DNA of 64,000 nt from Hyphomonadaceae bacterium (GCA_036795465.1 DAIRES010000002.1:1362-65361); one strand, 5' to 3'; positions 38,092-48,503 are shown, numbered from the stretch's first letter. Translations and numbers: made by a program. The notes: a model not told the origin generated them from the letters alone.

Positions 38092-40261
38092 ACATGAAGC
38101 TGTAGGGCTCAACGTCGAGCGCAACACGAACGTTCGATGGCAGCTTCACACGCTCCTTCCATGCGCCGAGGAAGGCCGAGAGATCGACATTGCGGTCCGA
38201 GCGCACAAGGAAGCGACGGCGATGCCGGCCACGCAGAACCGTGATCGGCGCAGGCGCGGGCCCCCAGACCTCGACGCCCGTTGCGTTCGGTTGCGCTGCG
38301 CTGAAGGCGGCGGCGCTTTCATTTGCCTGTTCTGCGCTGGGCGCCGACAGGATGATCGCCCCGAGCCGGCCGAAAGGCGGAAAGCCGACAATGCGGCGCT
38401 GGTCCATCTCGTGCGCGATGAAGGCGTCGCGATCGCCCGCCGCCAACAGCGCGATCGCGGGGCTATCCGGCGCATAGGTCTGGATGATGGCACGGCCCGG
38501 CTTGTCTGCGCGCCCCGCCCTGCCCGCAACCTGGAGCAGGAGCTGGAAAGTCCGTTCACCCGCGCGCAGATCACCGCCGCGCAGTCCCGCATCCGCATCG
38601 ACGACGCCGACAAGCGTCAGCGTCGGGAAGTTATGGCCCTTCGCCACGATCTGCGTGCCGATGAGGATATCGATCGCGCCATTCTCCATGCGTGCGATCA
38701 GCTCGCGCAGCGCATCGGGCGACGTAACTGTATCGGAGGAGAGCACTTCCACCCGCGCGCCATGGAAGCGCGTGTGGACTTCCTCCGCCAGCCGCTCCAC
38801 GCCCGGCCCGACGCCAGTCAACGAACCCTTTGCGCCGCAGTGCGGGCACATCAGCGGCTTATCCATCGTGTAGCCGGTAAGGTGGCAGACGAGCTTGCCG
38901 GAATAGCGATGCTCGACCAGCCATGAATCCGAATCCGGCGCTTTCAGCCGCTCGCCGCAGGCGCGGCACAGCACCAGCGGCGCATAACCACGCCTGTTGA
39001 GAAACAACAGCGCCTGCTCCTTGGCCGCAAGCGTCTGCGTGATCGCCGCGGCAAGCTCGGGCCCGATCCAGCGGTTTGTGTCGGTCGGTGCATGGCGCAT
39101 GTCAGCCAGCGCGATCGACGGCAATTCCGCAACGCCGGGCCGGGCGCTCAGCTTGAGGTGCGAGTATTTCCCTTGCTGGGCATTCGCCATCGTTTCCAGC
39201 GAGGGCGTCGCTGAAGCAAGTACGATGGCGCATTGCTCGATGGATGCCCGCAGCACGGCAAGATCGCGCGCGTGATAGATGACGCCTTCTTCCTGTTTGT
39301 AGGATTGATCGTGTTCTTCATCGACCACGATCAGGCGCAGCTTGCGATACGGCAGGAAGAGCGCGGAGCGGGCGCCCACGACAATACGGGCGCGGCCAGC
39401 CGCCACTTCGCGCCAGACGCGACGGCGCGCGGCCGACCCAGCCGCCGAATGCCATTCCGCCGGCGCAACGCCGAAGCGCTCCTCGAACCGAGACGTGACC
39501 GCCTGCGTCAGCGCGATCTCCGGCAGCAGCACCAGAACCTGCGCCTCGGGATCACGGCGCAATGCCTCTGCGATGGCTTCGAAATAAACCTCGGTCTTTC
39601 CCGAACCCGTGACGCCATCGAGCAGCGCCGCACGATAGGAGTTATCGCGCACCATGTTGCGCAGGTAGCCGGCGGCTTCCTTCTGCTCGCCGGTCAGATC
39701 GCGCGGCGGGCGTTCCGGGTCCGGCAACGGGAATGGCGGATCGAGAGAGCGCTCGACATGCGTCAGCGCCCCGGCATCGAGCAGGCCCTTCACAACGCCA
39801 GACGACACGCCGGCCGCACGCGCGAGATCCGCGCCGGACAGAGGCGCGCCAGCCTCGGCGAGTACTTTCTCCCGCGCAGGCGTCATCCGCTCCGGCGTCT
39901 GGCCGGACGCCATCACAAGCAGTTCGACCGGCGGCTCGTCCAGCGCCTCGCGCGAGCGCATCGCCATCGCAAGAAGATTGCCGACAGGCGCGCAGACATA
40001 TTTCGCAGCGCGCTCGATGAAGGTGCGCATGTTTGCCGGCAGCAGCGGCGCCTGGCTGATGACTTCGAGAACCGGCTTCAGCTTGCGGTTGCTCGGAACG
40101 GTACGCACGCCCCATACGACGCCGATAACCTCGCGCGGGCCCAGCGGCACCACGACAAAACTTCCCGGCGGCGCCTCGACGCCTTCGGGCAGTTCGTAGT
40201 CGAACGGTTCCGGCAGGGGCTGCGGAAGCAGCACCGAGACGATTCGGGGTGGGAACAGCAT
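38090..40261 (-). CDS. priA: primosomal protein N' (replication restart helicase PriA)
   Basis: 723 aa. Walker A GVTGSGKTEVY, DEEH box VVDEEHD, Cys-rich zinc-binding insert (CRACGERL..CHLTGY..CPHCG). Confidence 0.95.
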   Translation of the reverse strand: MLFPPRIVSVLLPQPLPEPFDYELPEGVEAPPGSFVVVPLGPREVIGVVWGVRTVPSNRKLKPVLEVISQAPLLPANMRTFIERAAKYVCAPVGNLLAMAMRSREALDEPPVELLVMASGQTPERMTPAREKVLAEAGAPLSGADLARAAGVSSGVVKGLLDAGALTHVERSLDPPFPLPDPERPPRDLTGEQKEAAGYLRNMVRDNSYRAALLDGVTGSGKTEVYFEAIAEALRRDPEAQVLVLLPEIALTQAVTSRFEERFGVAPAEWHSAAGSAARRRVWREVAAGRARIVVGARSALFLPYRKLRLIVVDEEHDQSYKQEEGVIYHARDLAVLRASIEQCAIVLASATPSLETMANAQQGKYSHLKLSARPGVAELPSIALADMRHAPTDTNRWIGPELAAAITQTLAAKEQALLFLNRRGYAPLVLCRACGERLKAPDSDSWLVEHRYSGKLVCHLTGYTMDKPLMCPHCGAKGSLTGVGPGVERLAEEVHTRFHGARVEVLSSDTVTSPDALRELIARMENGAIDILIGTQIVAKGHNFPTLTLVGVVDADAGLRGGDLRAGERTFQLLLQVAGRAGRADKPGRAIIQTYAPDSPAIALLAAGDRDAFIAHEMDQRRIVGFPPFGRLGAIILSAPSAEQANESAAAFSAAQPNATGVEVWGPAPAPITVLRGRHRRRFLVRSDRNVDLSAFLGAWKERVKLPSNVRVALDVEPYSFM

Positions 40262-40339
40262 GGTCTCATGGTCAGACCGGGCCGGGGCCTGTCAACCACA
40301 TGGGCACAGCCCATGGCTTTGACGCCTGAAAACAGGCGT

Positions 40340-40816
40340 TTACAGATTCGGGCAGCGGACCAGGCGAACGGGTTCACGGGCATTCTGCTGGAATTGCACG
40401 GCGGTATCCGACGCCCCGAAATTGATCCGGAACGTGTCTTCGCCTGTCCTGTCGCTGGCCACGCACGTGGCCACGATGGTGTAGGACATGGAGCGGCCGC
40501 TCGGATGCTCCTCGTCGATCGACTTGACGACGCACTCGCCCTCGCCCTGCTTCAGGGCAATCGTCTTCGGCGACAGCTTCACGACCTTGGCGGGGTCTCC
40601 GCACTCTGTCTCGATAGACGCCCAGCTTCCTGCAAAGCCGGGGTCGATGTTTGAGGGCGGCGGACCGATTGGCCGCGAATCCAGACTGGAGGCTGCCTGC
40701 ACCGGCGGCGTCACGGATTGCTCGACAACTGTGGTGGTTGCAGGCGGGCTGCAGGCAATCAGCGTGACGAGCGTGAACGCTCCGAGCGCCCATCCCTGGC
40801 TGGCTGTTGGTTTCAT
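40340..40816 (-). CDS. lipoprotein, unknown function
   Basis: ATG 40816 gives MKPTASQGWALGAFTLVTLIACS (lipobox). Four further Cys. No known motif. Confidence 0.55.
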   Translation of the reverse strand: MKPTASQGWALGAFTLVTLIACSPPATTTVVEQSVTPPVQAASSLDSRPIGPPPSNIDPGFAGSWASIETECGDPAKVVKLSPKTIALKQGEGECVVKSIDEEHPSGRSMSYTIVATCVASDRTGEDTFRINFGASDTAVQFQQNAREPVRLVRCPNL

Positions 40817-40955
40817 CGCTTGCGTCCTTGCTTGCAGGCCAACGGGAGGAACGGGATATGGGGCAGCAGCGTGCCAAACCAACAAAAATCAGCGGCGAAT
40901 TCAGGGCGTTTCCGAAGAAACACGGTCTTAATACGAACGGCCCAGTGTTCGGACC

Positions 40956-41885
40956 ATGAGTATCCCCCACACGGCACGCGAAGCCCTGCAGGAGTTCACG
41001 GTCTGGCTGGAGACCGAACGCCGCGCGTCGGAAAAGACCATCGAGGCCTATCAGCGCGATATCGGCAACTTCATCGGCTTCCTGGTGGAGCATCTGGGCG
41101 GCGAGCCGAACGTCGCGGACCTGAAACGCCTGTCGCGTCACGATGTTGTCGCCTGGCTGGCCCGACGGCGGACGCAGGACAATCTGGCTGCTTCATCGCG
41201 GGCGCGAGCGGCTTCCAGCCTCCGCGCGTTCTATCGCTTCCTCGACCGACGGCTTGATGCCGCCAACGCCAAGGCGATGATGTTCGAAAGCCCGAGGCGA
41301 CCCCATCGCCTGCCCCGGCCACTGCCCGAGAAGCTGGCGTCTGAAGCCATCGAGATCGCTGGCGATGGCGATGGAGATGACGTTGCCGAATGGGTGCTGG
41401 CGCGCGACGCGGCGATCCTCTCGCTGCTCTATGGCGCGGGGCTTCGCCTGTCCGAGGCGCTGTCGCTGGCCGGCAAGGATGTTCCGGCGCCTGAAGCGCT
41501 GCGGGTTTACGGCAAGGGCCGCAAGGTGCGGATCGTGCCGCTGATCCGCGTCGTGCGCGAAGCGATCAACGATTATGCGAAGCTGTGTCCCTATCCCGCC
41601 GCGCCCGACGAGATGCTGTTCCGCGGCACGAAGGGCGGGCCGCTGAATCCACGCCTTGTGCAACGCCTGATGGAAAAGCTGCGCATACGCCTTGGCCTGC
41701 CCGAGACCGCAACACCACACGCGCTGCGCCACTCATTCGCGACGCACCTGCTCGCGAATGGCGGCGACCTGCGTTCGATCCAGGCATTGCTGGGCCATGC
41801 CAGCCTGTCGACGACGCAGATCTACACCGGCGTCGACGCAGCAAGGCTGATGAAGGTCCACGCTGAGGCACATCCCCGAGCGTAG
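40956..41885 (+). CDS. xerC: tyrosine recombinase XerC/XerD family (XerC-type by neighbourhood to priA)
   Basis: N-terminal SAM-like domain plus catalytic residues (..GLRLSEAL.., HALRHSFATHLLANGGDLRSIQALLGHASLSTTQIYT). Confidence 0.8.
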   Translation: MSIPHTAREALQEFTVWLETERRASEKTIEAYQRDIGNFIGFLVEHLGGEPNVADLKRLSRHDVVAWLARRRTQDNLAASSRARAASSLRAFYRFLDRRLDAANAKAMMFESPRRPHRLPRPLPEKLASEAIEIAGDGDGDDVAEWVLARDAAILSLLYGAGLRLSEALSLAGKDVPAPEALRVYGKGRKVRIVPLIRVVREAINDYAKLCPYPAAPDEMLFRGTKGGPLNPRLVQRLMEKLRIRLGLPETATPHALRHSFATHLLANGGDLRSIQALLGHASLSTTQIYTGVDAARLMKVHAEAHPRA

Positions 41886-41895
41886 AGCGCGCAGC

Positions 41896-42111
41896 CTACT
41901 GGCCGAGCGCCCCGCTCATCGCATGCTCGATGCATTTGGTGAGACCCTGCTGCTCTTCCTGAGACATCTTCGCCATTTCTTCGAGAGCGTTCGGGTTGTT
42001 CTGCATCTTCGCAGTTACCTGCTTGCACCAGTCAGGTGAGCCTACGGCGGGGCTGCAGCCGGTCACGAGAACGGCAGTCGCGGCGAGAAGCCCGTAGAAT
42101 GCTACGCGCAT
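41896..42111 (-). CDS. small lipoprotein, DUF3012-like
   Basis: ATG 42111 gives MRVAFYGLLAATAVLVTGCSPAVGSPDWCKQV..LTKCIEH (71 aa). Confidence 0.6.
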   Translation of the reverse strand: MRVAFYGLLAATAVLVTGCSPAVGSPDWCKQVTAKMQNNPNALEEMAKMSQEEQQGLTKCIEHAMSGALGQ

Positions 42112-42173
42112 GTAATTACCCCCTGGTGAGTTCGTCCTGTCCGGGCCGGACCCTGACACGGGGGGCCTCCAAG

Positions 42174-42575
42174 TCAACCTGCAGCAGGAGCTGGAGCGAC
42201 CTTCACCGGCGACGCGCAACCTTTCAGCGTCTCGCCTTTCCAGCTGGCCGTCGCCGACCAGTGATACTCGCGCTCGCCGAGGCCATCCTTGCAGTCTTCC
42301 TGGCGCAACGTCATGACGAAGTCGCCTTCCGGCGTTTTCGACGTCAGCAGCACCGCATTCTCGGCGCCCTTGGACTTCACCGGCAGCTCGCCCGCGATGT
42401 CGCGCTCGCCCAGTACGGCGATGCTGGTCGTTTTGTCGGCGCGGGTGATCTTCACGCCCCAGAAGGCCGGGTCCATGCCGTTGACTTCGAGGTCGCCATC
42501 CAGCTCGGCATCAGCCGGCGAACAGGCAGCAAGCAAGGCGACGAGGGCTGCGGCGGCGCAGGTAAGTCTGAGCAT
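42174..42575 (-). CDS. lipoprotein (COG3650-like)
   Basis: Lipobox LLAACS. ..EDCKDGLGEREYHWSATASWKGETLKGCASP resembles the C..MSG..Y......G..L.GC pattern. Confidence 0.55.
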   Translation of the reverse strand: MLRLTCAAAALVALLAACSPADAELDGDLEVNGMDPAFWGVKITRADKTTSIAVLGERDIAGELPVKSKGAENAVLLTSKTPEGDFVMTLRQEDCKDGLGEREYHWSATASWKGETLKGCASPVKVAPAPAAG

Positions 42576-42670
42576 GACGATCTCCTTCTCGCGCCTGATC
42601 TAGCGCGGCCCGGCGGAAGTCCAAAGCCTCGAAACGCAAAGGACCGGGCGCTGCCCGCTGGCGCACGCCA

Positions 42671-44065
42671 ATGTATGCGCTAGAATGCGGTATGGACGCC
42701 AGCTTTTACCGGATGACCGCCGCGCAGCTCGCAGCCGGGCTGAAGAAGAAGGCTTTCAGCGCGCAGGAGCTTTGCCGCGCTGCGATCGAACGGATCGAAG
42801 CGCTCGACCCGCAGATCAACGCCGTTGTCGTTCGCGATTTCGAGCGGGCGCACACCGAGGCGCGGCTGGCCGATGAGGCGCTGGCGCGCGGCGAACAGAA
42901 AGCGCTGACCGGCATTCCGATGACGGTGAAGGAAAGCTTCGACCTTCGCGGGCATGCGACGACGTGGGGCTTTCCACTTCACAGCGAGCATGTCGCCCGC
43001 GAAGACGCGCTGGCTGTTCAACGCCTGAAGGCAGCGGGCGCGGTGATCCTCGGCAAGACGAATGTGCCGCCGGCGCTGGGTGACTGGCAATCCGCTAATC
43101 CGATCTATGGGCGGACCAACAATCCGTATGACGTGACGCGCTCGCCCGGCGGATCGTCGGGCGGCAGCGCCGCAGCGATCGCGATGGGTTTCTCCGCGCT
43201 GGAGGTCGGGTCCGACATCGGCGGATCGATCCGGGTGCCGGCCATGTTCTGCGGCGTTTATGGACACAAGGCGAGCTACGGCCTGTTGCCGATGGGCGGA
43301 CACACAGCGGGCGGATCGCTGGTTGCGCCGCAATTGCTGAGTGTGATCGGCCCGCTCGCAAGATCGGCGCAGGATCTCGCGACGGCGCTGGACGTGATCG
43401 CCGGACCGGACGCGGAATCGCCCGCGAACAAGGTCGTGCTGCCCCTGCCCCGCCACGGACGGTTAGGGAGCTTCCGAGTGTTCGTGCTCGACCATCATCC
43501 GGTTGCGCGAGCGGACAGCGCGATACTGGGCGCGCTTGAGAAGCTGGCTGATCATCTCACGAGGGAGGGCGCAGCGGTTGCCCGGCAATCGAGCCTGCTG
43601 CCGGATCTGAATGTGCAGTGGAAGGCGTATCAAACGATCCTCCACACCATCATCACACGGGGCGATCCGAGCGTGACGCGGCCGCCGATTTCGGCGCATG
43701 ACTGGCTCGGCGCGCTTGATCTCCAGCTGCGTATCCGGCGCCAGTGGGCAGACTTCTTCCGGCATTTCGATATCGTCCTCTGCCCCGCCTTCGGCACGCC
43801 TGCGTTCCCGCACAGCGACGAGCCCGACTGGCGCAAGCGACCGCTCGACATGGACGGCGGACCGGGCAATTTCGGATCGCAACTCGGCTGGGCGGGAATC
43901 GCGACGGTGGCGAACCTGCCTTCCACCGCGATTCCACTTGGCCTCAGCAAGGACGGCCTGCCGGTCGGCGTGCAGGCGATCGGGCCTTTCCTCGAAGACA
44001 AGACCACGATCGCTTTCGCCGGCATGGTCGGCCGCGAGATCAAACCGCCTGCTATTGCGGAGTGA
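42671..44065 (+). CDS. amidase (amidase-signature family)
   Basis: 464 aa. AS signature GGSSGGSAAAIA, GSDIGGSIRVPA. Confidence 0.85.
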   Translation: MYALECGMDASFYRMTAAQLAAGLKKKAFSAQELCRAAIERIEALDPQINAVVVRDFERAHTEARLADEALARGEQKALTGIPMTVKESFDLRGHATTWGFPLHSEHVAREDALAVQRLKAAGAVILGKTNVPPALGDWQSANPIYGRTNNPYDVTRSPGGSSGGSAAAIAMGFSALEVGSDIGGSIRVPAMFCGVYGHKASYGLLPMGGHTAGGSLVAPQLLSVIGPLARSAQDLATALDVIAGPDAESPANKVVLPLPRHGRLGSFRVFVLDHHPVARADSAILGALEKLADHLTREGAAVARQSSLLPDLNVQWKAYQTILHTIITRGDPSVTRPPISAHDWLGALDLQLRIRRQWADFFRHFDIVLCPAFGTPAFPHSDEPDWRKRPLDMDGGPGNFGSQLGWAGIATVANLPSTAIPLGLSKDGLPVGVQAIGPFLEDKTTIAFAGMVGREIKPPAIAE

Positions 44066-45013
44066 TCACCACGTTCGCGCGCCGGCAGTGCGCGTGATTT
44101 TCGGCTTGGCCAGAAGCCAGACGCCCGCGATTGTCAGCACCATCGAGGCGACGTGCGGCCAGCCGAAAGGCTCGTGCAGGATCATCACCGCGGCCCACGC
44201 CGCGACCACCGGACCAACGCCGCCGACCGCGCTCATCGGGCCGGGGCCGATGCGGCTGATGGCTTCGGCGATCATGAAGCTGGGGATCACCGTGCAGACG
44301 ATCGCAAGGACGAGCGCAAGCCAGTAGCCGTTCGCAGTGACCGGAGGCGGTGAATGGAACGCCATGTCGATGCCGCTCTGCGTGAGAAAGACGATCGACG
44401 CCGCTGACATGCCGAAGGCGGTGAACAGGGTTGAGCCCATGCGCGAAATGATCGGCTTCGAGGCCGTGACATAGACCGCATAGATCAGCGCGCCCGCGAA
44501 GATCAGCCCACCGCCAAGCCAGGCGTTGGGACCCTGATGGTCGATCTCGGCGCCGAACAGGATCGCGACGCCGACATAGGCGAGCACCAGCGCGATGATG
44601 TGGCGCGTCGTGATCTTGTCCTTCAGGAAGAAGAAGGAGAGGCCGGCAACCATGGTCGGATAGATATAGAGGATCAGCCGTTCGAGTTGGGCCGAGACGT
44701 ATTTCAGGCCTTCGAAGTTCAGCCAGGACGACAGGCAATAGCTCATGATGCCAAGGCCCGCCGCGAGGGCGTAGGTTTTCAGCGATGGCTGTTTCTTGAG
44801 CCGCATCCACGCAAAGACGCCGATCGCGAAATAGATCGGCAGCGAGAACGCCATGCGCAAGGTGAGAAGCTGGGAGACGCCGATACCTTCAGCGAAGGCG
44901 AGCTTGATGACGACGCCCTTGAGCGAGAAAAGCCCGGCGCCAAGCGCAGCAAGGCCCACGCCGATGGCGCGGTTGCGGCCTTCGTGATCGGTAGGGAGCG
45001 CTTCGGTGGTCAT
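44066..45013 (-). CDS. DMT-superfamily (EamA) transporter
   Basis: 315 aa, about 10 TM helices in two EamA-like halves. Confidence 0.8.
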   Translation of the reverse strand: MTTEALPTDHEGRNRAIGVGLAALGAGLFSLKGVVIKLAFAEGIGVSQLLTLRMAFSLPIYFAIGVFAWMRLKKQPSLKTYALAAGLGIMSYCLSSWLNFEGLKYVSAQLERLILYIYPTMVAGLSFFFLKDKITTRHIIALVLAYVGVAILFGAEIDHQGPNAWLGGGLIFAGALIYAVYVTASKPIISRMGSTLFTAFGMSAASIVFLTQSGIDMAFHSPPPVTANGYWLALVLAIVCTVIPSFMIAEAISRIGPGPMSAVGGVGPVVAAWAAVMILHEPFGWPHVASMVLTIAGVWLLAKPKITRTAGARTW

Positions 45014-45330
45014 CTTCGTCTCTCCGCTCGTCCCTTGAGTCTTCTGCGGAGGTGCCGGTCGGGACGAGGGTCGCCGGCGCTTCCGCCGCCGGCCTCGCCG
45101 CTCTAGTCGCGACGCGCCGGCGCAAGCCGTTTAATGGCCTGCTGCTTAAGTCGAAGGGTTTTGGCGCGGGTCGTCATGAGCGGGGTCCTATGCCTGTTTT
45201 CCGGGCCACGCAACGGAGGACGGCCGGAGTTGAGAGAGATTTCCGGATGTTGCGGCACGCGAGCGCATCTCGGCTGCAAGGCAGCTGCGGTGATGAGCAC
45301 ACGCCATCACAGAAGACAAAAGACCGAAGG

Positions 45331-46233
45331 CTACTTCGCGACGTGCGCGGCGGACCATTGGCCCAGGCGGTTCAGTGCCTGGCGGGCTTGCGCGAGCATC
45401 GGGTAACGGGCCTGGAAGACGTGGAACATCTCGGGCCAGATCTCCAGCGTGAGCGGCACGCCGGCGGCGCCGAGGCGTTCGGCCAGCGCGGTTGAATCCG
45501 ACATCAGGATTTCGGCCTCGCCGGTCTGGATGAAAGTCGGCGGAAGGCCACGCAGGTCTGCATCGAGGATGGAGAGGTTGGCCGTTGCATCGCCGCCGTA
45601 TTGCTTCGCACGCGTGTTGAGCATCGAGGTGGTGAGGAACGGATCGCGCTGCGCCTTGGCGCCGTGGCTCCAGCCGCGGTTGGCGAGATCGACCCAGGGC
45701 GAGAGCAGGATCATGCCGGCGGGCATGGCGACGCCCTGCTCTTTCAGCTTCATCGCGGCGGCGACGGCGAGGCCGCCACCGGCGCTGTCGCCGGCGAGGA
45801 TGATGCGGTTCGGCTGAACGCCTTCGCCGAGCACGGCGCGATAGGCGGAAACAATGTCTTCAAGCGCAGCCGGGTGGCGGTGTTCTGGCGCGAGGCGGTA
45901 ATCCGGCACGATGGCCGCGATCTTCGCCGCAGCGGCGACATGGGCGGCGAGGCCCTTGTGCGAGCGCGACGAGCCCATGACGAAACCGCCGCCATGCGCC
46001 CAGAGAATGACGTGGTCGCCGCTGCAGCCCTTGGGCAGCAGGCCAAGGCAGGAGACGCCGCCGAGATCGATCTCGGACATGGTGGACATTTCGGGCAGCG
46101 GGTCGTTTTCAGCATAGGCGTCGTAGGCGCGTCGTTGCGCGGCCAGATCGGACGGATCAACGCCGTGCATGCGCCGCGAGAGGGATTCGCGGGCCTGGGC
46201 GAGTTCGCCTGTCAGGGCAGTAAAGGTGCTCAA
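45331..46233 (-). CDS. alpha/beta hydrolase (HSL-type esterase/lipase)
   Basis: HGGGF oxyanion motif and GDSAGG nucleophile elbow. TTG start with GGAGAG upstream. Confidence 0.85.
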   Translation of the reverse strand: MSTFTALTGELAQARESLSRRMHGVDPSDLAAQRRAYDAYAENDPLPEMSTMSEIDLGGVSCLGLLPKGCSGDHVILWAHGGGFVMGSSRSHKGLAAHVAAAAKIAAIVPDYRLAPEHRHPAALEDIVSAYRAVLGEGVQPNRIILAGDSAGGGLAVAAAMKLKEQGVAMPAGMILLSPWVDLANRGWSHGAKAQRDPFLTTSMLNTRAKQYGGDATANLSILDADLRGLPPTFIQTGEAEILMSDSTALAERLGAAGVPLTLEIWPEMFHVFQARYPMLAQARQALNRLGQWSAAHVAK

Positions 46234-46418
46234 CGCGTCTCTCCACGCAGCTCAGCCCCGTGCGAACCAAGCACAGGCGCTGCGCAAAGGCCATGCCGTT
46301 CTGGCGGCGTTAACTGCTGTAACACGGCCGCCTGGCTTATGCCCGGCAGTTCACGCAACGATACCGGATCGCGACGCTTGGGCGCCGCACTGCCGGGCTG
46401 GCCGCCCGGCGGTCCGAA

Positions 46419-47819
46419 CTACATCTGCATCGTCCAGCCTTCGACGCCCATGGCGGCCTGGCGGATGGCTTCCGTCAGGGTCGGGTGGGCGTGGGAGGTG
46501 CGGGCAATGTCTTCCGAGGCCGCGCCGAATTCCATGGCGACGCAGAGTTCGGCGATCATCTCGCCAACGCCAACGCCCATCAGGTGCGTGCCGAGGATGC
46601 GATCGGTCGTGGCGTCGGCCAGGATTTTCACGAAGCCATCGGTCTCGTGGTTCGTCTTGGCGCGCGAGTTGGCCGAGAACGGGAATTTTCCGGACTTGTA
46701 GGCGACGCCTGCGGCCTTCAGTTCTTCTTCCGTTTTCCCCACCCAGGCGATTTCCGGCTTGGTGTAAACGACGCCCGGAATGATGCCGTAGTCGACATGG
46801 CCCGCCTTGCCCGCGATGATTTCGGCGCAGGCCGTGCCTTCGTCCTCGGCTTTGTGCGCGAGCATGGGGCCGGAGGTGACGTCGCCGATGACCCAGACGC
46901 CTTCAGCCGAGGTGCGGAAATGATCGTTGGCGATCTGGCCGCGCTTGTCCGGCGTGACGCCGACCGTTTCGAGGCCGAGGCCCTGCGTGTAGGGGCGGCG
47001 ACCGATGGCGAGGAGCACGATGTCGGCGTCGAGCGATTCCGCATCGCCGCCTGCTGCGGGCTGCATCGAGAGCTTGAGCTTGGACTTCAGCTTCTCGACG
47101 CCGGTGACCTTCATGCCGAGTTTGAAATCGATGCCCTGCTTGGTGAAGATACGCTGCGCCTGCTTGGCGATCTCGCCATCCGCGCCGGGCAGGATGCGGT
47201 CGAGGTATTCGACGACGGTGACTTCTGCGCCAAGGCGGCGCCAGACGGAGCCGAGTTCCAGGCCGATGATGCCGGCGCCGATGACGATCATCTTCTTCGG
47301 CACGGCTTTCAGCGAGAGGGCCCCGGTGGAGGAAACGATGCGCTCTTCATCGACATCGACGCCCGCGAGCGGCGTGACTTCGGAGCCGGTGGCGATGACG
47401 ATGTTCTTCGCTTCAAGGACCTGTTCGCCCTTGTCGCCCGTGACGACCACGCGGCCGGGACCATCGATGCGGCCTGCGCCGAAAAATACCGTGACCTTGT
47501 TCTTCTTCATGATGAAGGCGACGCCGGCCGTGAGACCGGAGACGGCGTCGGCTTTCTGTTTCAGCATGTTGTCGAGGTTGAGCTTGAGGCCCGTCACCTC
47601 GATGCCGAGGCCGGCGAAATCCTTGGCGGCGGTCTCGTAGAGTTCGGAGGCATGCAGCATCGCTTTCGAGGGGATGCAGCCGACATTGAGGCAGGTGCCG
47701 CCGAGCTTGTCGCGCTTTTCGATGAGGGCGACCTTGAGGCCAAGCTGGCCGCAGCGCGTGGCGCAGTTGTAGCCGCCGGGGCCGGCGCCGATGATGACGA
47801 CGTCGTAGCTCTCGCTCAT
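46419..47819 (-). CDS. lpdA: dihydrolipoyl dehydrogenase (E3)
   Basis: GAGPGGY FAD motif, redox-active disulfide GGTCLNVGCIPSK, C-terminal HAHPTLTE. Confidence 0.95.
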   Translation of the reverse strand: MSESYDVVIIGAGPGGYNCATRCGQLGLKVALIEKRDKLGGTCLNVGCIPSKAMLHASELYETAAKDFAGLGIEVTGLKLNLDNMLKQKADAVSGLTAGVAFIMKKNKVTVFFGAGRIDGPGRVVVTGDKGEQVLEAKNIVIATGSEVTPLAGVDVDEERIVSSTGALSLKAVPKKMIVIGAGIIGLELGSVWRRLGAEVTVVEYLDRILPGADGEIAKQAQRIFTKQGIDFKLGMKVTGVEKLKSKLKLSMQPAAGGDAESLDADIVLLAIGRRPYTQGLGLETVGVTPDKRGQIANDHFRTSAEGVWVIGDVTSGPMLAHKAEDEGTACAEIIAGKAGHVDYGIIPGVVYTKPEIAWVGKTEEELKAAGVAYKSGKFPFSANSRAKTNHETDGFVKILADATTDRILGTHLMGVGVGEMIAELCVAMEFGAASEDIARTSHAHPTLTEAIRQAAMGVEGWTMQM

Positions 47820-47851
47820 GGCAAATGTCCGTCTCAGATCGATTTGCGCGA

Positions 47852-47879
47852 GCTATACGCGCCTCGCGCGAGGGGTCAA
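47852..47879 (-). promoter_or_regulatory. candidate internal promoter for lpdA
   Basis: Minus strand: TTGACC (47879-47874), 16 nt, TATAGC (47857-47852), about 30 nt upstream of the lpdA ATG. Confidence 0.3.
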
Positions 47880-47945
47880 CAAAAGGGAAGATGGGGATGA
47901 ATTTCGTCGCAGTTTACGCGGAAAACTGAGGCGTGGGTTGAGTTC

Positions 47946-48497
47946 CTAGTGCAGCACGCCGCGAAACGCAGCGGCCCAGACCAGCGTGGCGACGACGAGC
48001 GAGAACCAGCCGGCGTTGACGGTAGAGGTGGTGGGGCGGGCGTGGTCGGCTGATTCAGCGTTGGGAGCGTGGCGGGCGGTGTGTTCGCGCCAGATGAAAT
48101 AGGCGCCCTGCCCGATCACCAGCAGGGCGACGAGCCAGGCGGCCAGCGGGTGCAGCACGATCATGGAGAGCGCTGTGATCCCCAGCACGACTGACTGCGC
48201 CGCGATCCAGCCGCGGCGGGCGGCGTCGTCACGGTCGGTCCAGCGGTCGATGGCCTGCTCTTCGGCGGTGCGCTCGGCGCGTTTCACGGGCGCGTCGATA
48301 TTGCCGTAGCCGTCCTCGTCGGGTTCCCCGGTTTCCTCGAACTCGCGCGTCATGGTCTCGATCCGCGAGGTCATGCGGTCGAGCATCATCTCCATGCGTA
48401 TCTGGCGATACAGCATGAAGGCGCCGACAAGCCAGAACAGGCCCGCGATGCGGATGATCCATCCGAGGAGGCCGTCGGAGAAGGCCTCGAGGGTCAT
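47946..48497 (-). CDS. membrane protein, unknown function
   Basis: 183 aa with about 4 TM helices (LLGWIIRIAGLFWLVGAFML, IAAQSVVLGITALSMIVL, LAAWLVALLVIGQGAYFIW, WFSLVVATLVWAAAF). Lies 6 nt after the sucB stop. Confidence 0.6.
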   Translation of the reverse strand: MTLEAFSDGLLGWIIRIAGLFWLVGAFMLYRQIRMEMMLDRMTSRIETMTREFEETGEPDEDGYGNIDAPVKRAERTAEEQAIDRWTDRDDAARRGWIAAQSVVLGITALSMIVLHPLAAWLVALLVIGQGAYFIWREHTARHAPNAESADHARPTTSTVNAGWFSLVVATLVWAAAFRGVLH

Positions 48498-48503
48498 CGC
48501 CGA

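Noticed and set aside
40956-41885. Tyrosine recombinase as marker of an integrated mobile element
   Set aside because: It sits in the conserved priA neighbourhood. There are no flanking direct repeats, tRNA, phage or transposition genes, and no compositional shift. A housekeeping XerC/XerD-type recombinase is the simpler reading.
45103-45177. 24-codon basic mini-ORF (MTTRAKTLRLKQQAIKRLAPARRD) in the 318-nt spacer between the EamA transporter and the esterase genes
   Set aside because: It has only a weak Shine-Dalgarno (AGGAC), no recognisable family, and is too short to judge by composition. It could be a leader peptide or small protein, but I cannot support that from sequence alone.
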